The notes beneath the pieces are model-generated. The model saw only the letters and a list, made by a program, of their open reading frames with translations. It had not been told where the DNA came from and ran no database searches. A stretch of 35,530 nt of DNA from an uncultured Planctomycetales bacterium (lineage in GTDB: Bacteria; Omnitrophota; Gorgyraeia; Gygaellales; Profunditerraquicolaceae), in the NCBI GenBank assembly GCA_964359035.1, contig CAYHRM010000001.1:1-35530 (forward strand), read 5' to 3'. The translations under genes and the position numbers were made by a program. Numbering within the stretch: the stretch's first letter is position 1; each line of letters opens with the position of its first letter. Shown in pieces: positions 33,488 through 35,530 of the stretch.

Positions 33488-33770
33488 CTTTTACTTCAAT
33501 CCCTTCTGGTAATTTTTTTTGCAACCTATTTTTAAAGTCATCCGGCTCAACCGGAAATCTTAAAACGATCGAAGCCTCCTCGTGTTCACTTTCCAATCCT
33601 AATTTTAAGGCTCTTTTTAAACTTAATTTAGGATGCGGGGAAAAACCTTCTGACATTTTAAGCGGCAACTCTGCCCGGCGCATAGCGCGCATAAATAGGC
33701 GCATCAGGTCTAAATGCGAAATATACCGCATCAGGCCTTTCTTAGAAAAACTAAAATTTACTCTATACAT
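33465..33770 (-). CDS. DUF2344 (radical-SAM-linked) family protein, N-terminal-domain-only version
   Basis: 101 aa with MRYISHLDLMRLFMRAMRRAELPLKMSEGFSPHPKLSLKRALKLGLESEHE, which matches the family N-terminus as I recall it. It overlaps the rng start by 23 nt. Confidence 0.65.
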   Translation of the reverse strand: MYRVNFSFSKKGLMRYISHLDLMRLFMRAMRRAELPLKMSEGFSPHPKLSLKRALKLGLESEHEEASIVLRFPVEPDDFKNRLQKKLPEGIEVKDVQGNFN

Positions 33771-33782
33771 ATTTTAAAATCT

Positions 33783-33838
33783 AGGGGCCGTTTCTATTTT
33801 TAATCCTAATCTAACCAAGAAAAGTAGAAACGGCCCCT
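33783..33838. repeat. Family-A inverted repeat, copy A3 (18-nt arms, 20-nt spacer)
   Basis: The arms are AGGGGCCGTTTCTATTTT (33783..33800) and AAAGTAGAAACGGCCCCT (33821..33838), complementary at 17 of 18 positions. The element lies between the secretin stop and the DUF2344 ATG. Confidence 0.85.
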
Positions 33839-33850
33839 GATTTCACAATT

Positions 33851-35530
33851 TTATTTCTTCTTCTTAGCCTCTGCTAAAGGACCTTTTCTAGATTTAGTAA
33901 TTGATGGCTGTTCCTTAATCTCAAACACTGCAGTGCGGCCTAATCTCTTTTCTAACTTAGCCAACTCCTCAGGAGTATATTCATCTTCCCGAACAATTCT
34001 AGCAGTAATAAAAATTAAAAGATCAATTTTGGTTACAGTATTGGTCTCTCGCCCAAAAAGCTTTCCTAACCAAGGAATGTCTTTTAAAAAAGGTATGCCA
34101 ATAACTTCTATCCCCTTAACATCCTTAAGCAAACCACCAATTACAATCGTCTCTTTATCTTTTAATAAAACTTGCGTCTGAACTTCGCGCACATCAATAA
34201 TCGGATACAAAGTGGTCGTAGCATCCGTCGAGCTGCCGGCAGTAGAAGTAGCCGTAACGTTAGAATTAGAAGAGGTAATACTCGGGTGGATGATCATATT
34301 GATGTAACCCTCTTCACTTATCTGAGGCACCACGTTTAACCGAATACCAATCTCCTGATAATAATCTAAAGTCTGAGTAATTGTAGAATTAGTCCCGGTA
34401 GTCCCAGCAGTAATCGTAGATGCAAGTATCGGTGTATGATAACCTACCAGCATCGATGCTTCTTGATTATCCAATGTAAGTATGCTGGGAGCAGAAAGAG
34501 TGTTGGTATCGGCAGCATCTTCTAAGGCATGAATAACCGCCTCAAACTTAGTACCGGTTAACTTTTGAAAAATAAATTCCGCACCCGCGTTATAAGGCTC
34601 ATAACCTAAAATTCCCGTCGATGCTGGGCCAAATAATGAAGGCACCAGCGAGGAACTACCCGTAGCAATCGTACCCGCGTGGCCTCCGGTAGCAGTACCT
34701 GTTTCCGCCCCCTGTGGCGTAATGGCATTGGTTCTGGCAGAATTAGTTCCCGAACCCATACCCCAGTCCAAACCAATATCTCTTAATTTATCCCGGCTTA
34801 CCTCAATTATTTTCGTTTCAATTAAAACCTGTTTCGGCTTAATATCAATTTTAGGTAAAATTATATTGTGTATCCGATCCAAAGTACTAGCCGTATCCGT
34901 AATTACCAACATTTTGGATTTCACTGAGGGGTCAAACTCCGCTTTTTTCATCACTGTATCTCCCGCGGCATTTTTTTCATAAGAAACTGTCTCAGACCTA
35001 GTGGTTCCTGCTATTTCTTTTACCAAGGCGGCGCTAGAAGAAGAATCCCGGCCAATTTTAAAAGTACCAAACTGCCAACCTTTCTGCCCGCGGGTATATA
35101 GAACTGAGATCTTTCCTCTTGGTGAAAGCAAGGGAATAAGAATTTTCTGCGCATCCTGCGCATCCAGAAATCTTAAGGTGATAATCTCAGTTTGCAAGGG
35201 CTCCTCGGCGGCAATTTTAGCGACATTTTCTATCTTGGTGACTAAAATAACATTACCCTGCCGCTGATAACCAAACCCATAAGTCTTTAAGATCACGTCC
35301 ATGGCAATCTCCCAGGGAACATCACTCAAGCGCACTGAAACATTACCAATCACATCCGGAGTTGTAACAATATTCATTCCAGATTTATAAGAAATTATCT
35401 TTAGAACATTATTAATATCTGCTTCTTTAAAATCCAAAGTAACATTACCCGCAGAAGTTAAATTTTGCTCAGTATTTACAGGCACAACCGGAGCCTCTGT
35501 TAGTTGTACTTGAGCCGCCAGAGTACTAGG
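33851..35530 (-). CDS. Secretin (PilQ/GspD family), N-terminus beyond the window edge
   Basis: The secretin N-domain begins VTLDFKEADINNVLKIISYKSGMNIV. The C-terminal secretin core includes GIPFLKDIPWLGKLFG...IDLLIFITARIV. T/S/G-rich linkers are present. The frame stays open upstream of the GTG at 35485 to position 35530, and no signal peptide is visible, so the gene is partial. Confidence 0.85.
   Translation of the reverse strand, partial: PSTLAAQVQLTEAPVVPVNTEQNLTSAGNVTLDFKEADINNVLKIISYKSGMNIVTTPDVIGNVSVRLSDVPWEIAMDVILKTYGFGYQRQGNVILVTKIENVAKIAAEEPLQTEIITLRFLDAQDAQKILIPLLSPRGKISVLYTRGQKGWQFGTFKIGRDSSSSAALVKEIAGTTRSETVSYEKNAAGDTVMKKAEFDPSVKSKMLVITDTASTLDRIHNIILPKIDIKPKQVLIETKIIEVSRDKLRDIGLDWGMGSGTNSARTNAITPQGAETGTATGGHAGTIATGSSSLVPSLFGPASTGILGYEPYNAGAEFIFQKLTGTKFEAVIHALEDAADTNTLSAPSILTLDNQEASMLVGYHTPILASTITAGTTGTNSTITQTLDYYQEIGIRLNVVPQISEEGYINMIIHPSITSSNSNVTATSTAGSSTDATTTLYPIIDVREVQTQVLLKDKETIVIGGLLKDVKGIEVIGIPFLKDIPWLGKLFGRETNTVTKIDLLIFITARIVREDEYTPEELAKLEKRLGRTAVFEIKEQPSITKSRKGPLAEAKKKK

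Noticed and set aside
17061-33838. The repeated palindromes as a CRISPR array or as integron attC sites.
   Set aside because: The copies are kilobases apart and separated by housekeeping genes, not by regular spacers. No cas or intI genes are present, and the arm sequences do not fit the attC R''/R' consensus.
35483-35485. The GTG at 35485 as the secretin start.
   Set aside because: The frame remains open to the window edge (…PSTLAAQVQLTEAPV upstream). No signal peptide follows the GTG, so the gene is truncated by the window.

Overview
All recognisable genes in this 35.5-kb window are on the minus strand; the plus-strand ORFs in the track look like shadows of them. In transcription order (high to low coordinates) the window holds five blocks.
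(1) A housekeeping block: a secretin that runs off the right edge, a half-length DUF2344 protein and RNase E/G. A hairpin and a strong promoter follow, then rplU-obg-proB-proA-nadD-rpe, a PGM/PMM-family mutase, rpsA and tyrS.
(2) A SemiSWEET gene that is absent from the ORF track and split by a 1-nt frameshift, followed by rmlA, an rmlD-like gene and rmlB.
(3) An HTH-Fic gene with its own promoter and operator-like boxes. It is coupled to an SDR sugar epimerase and an orphan repeat protein.
(4) A papain-like C1 peptidase.
(5) A tightly coupled glycan operon of about 16 kb and at least 18 genes. It opens with an EPS-type MarR regulator and Wzz and encodes a complete legionaminic-acid-type nonulosonic acid core (LegF, LegB, LegC, PtmE-like, LegH, LegI, LegG). 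These are followed by a formyltransferase, a PIG-L deacetylase, a Wzx flippase, a B12-binding radical SAM enzyme, Gmd, a cupin, a second DegT aminotransferase, a SAM methyltransferase and a GT4 fragment that runs off the left edge.
The least ordinary signal is non-coding. Three families of small palindromic repeats occupy the intercistronic gaps. One of them (GTCATTGCGAG...GAAGCAATC) is also read through in-frame inside rmlB. I saw no rRNA, tRNA, CRISPR array or transposase. By eye the glycan operon looks more AT-rich than the housekeeping block, but I did not compute this.
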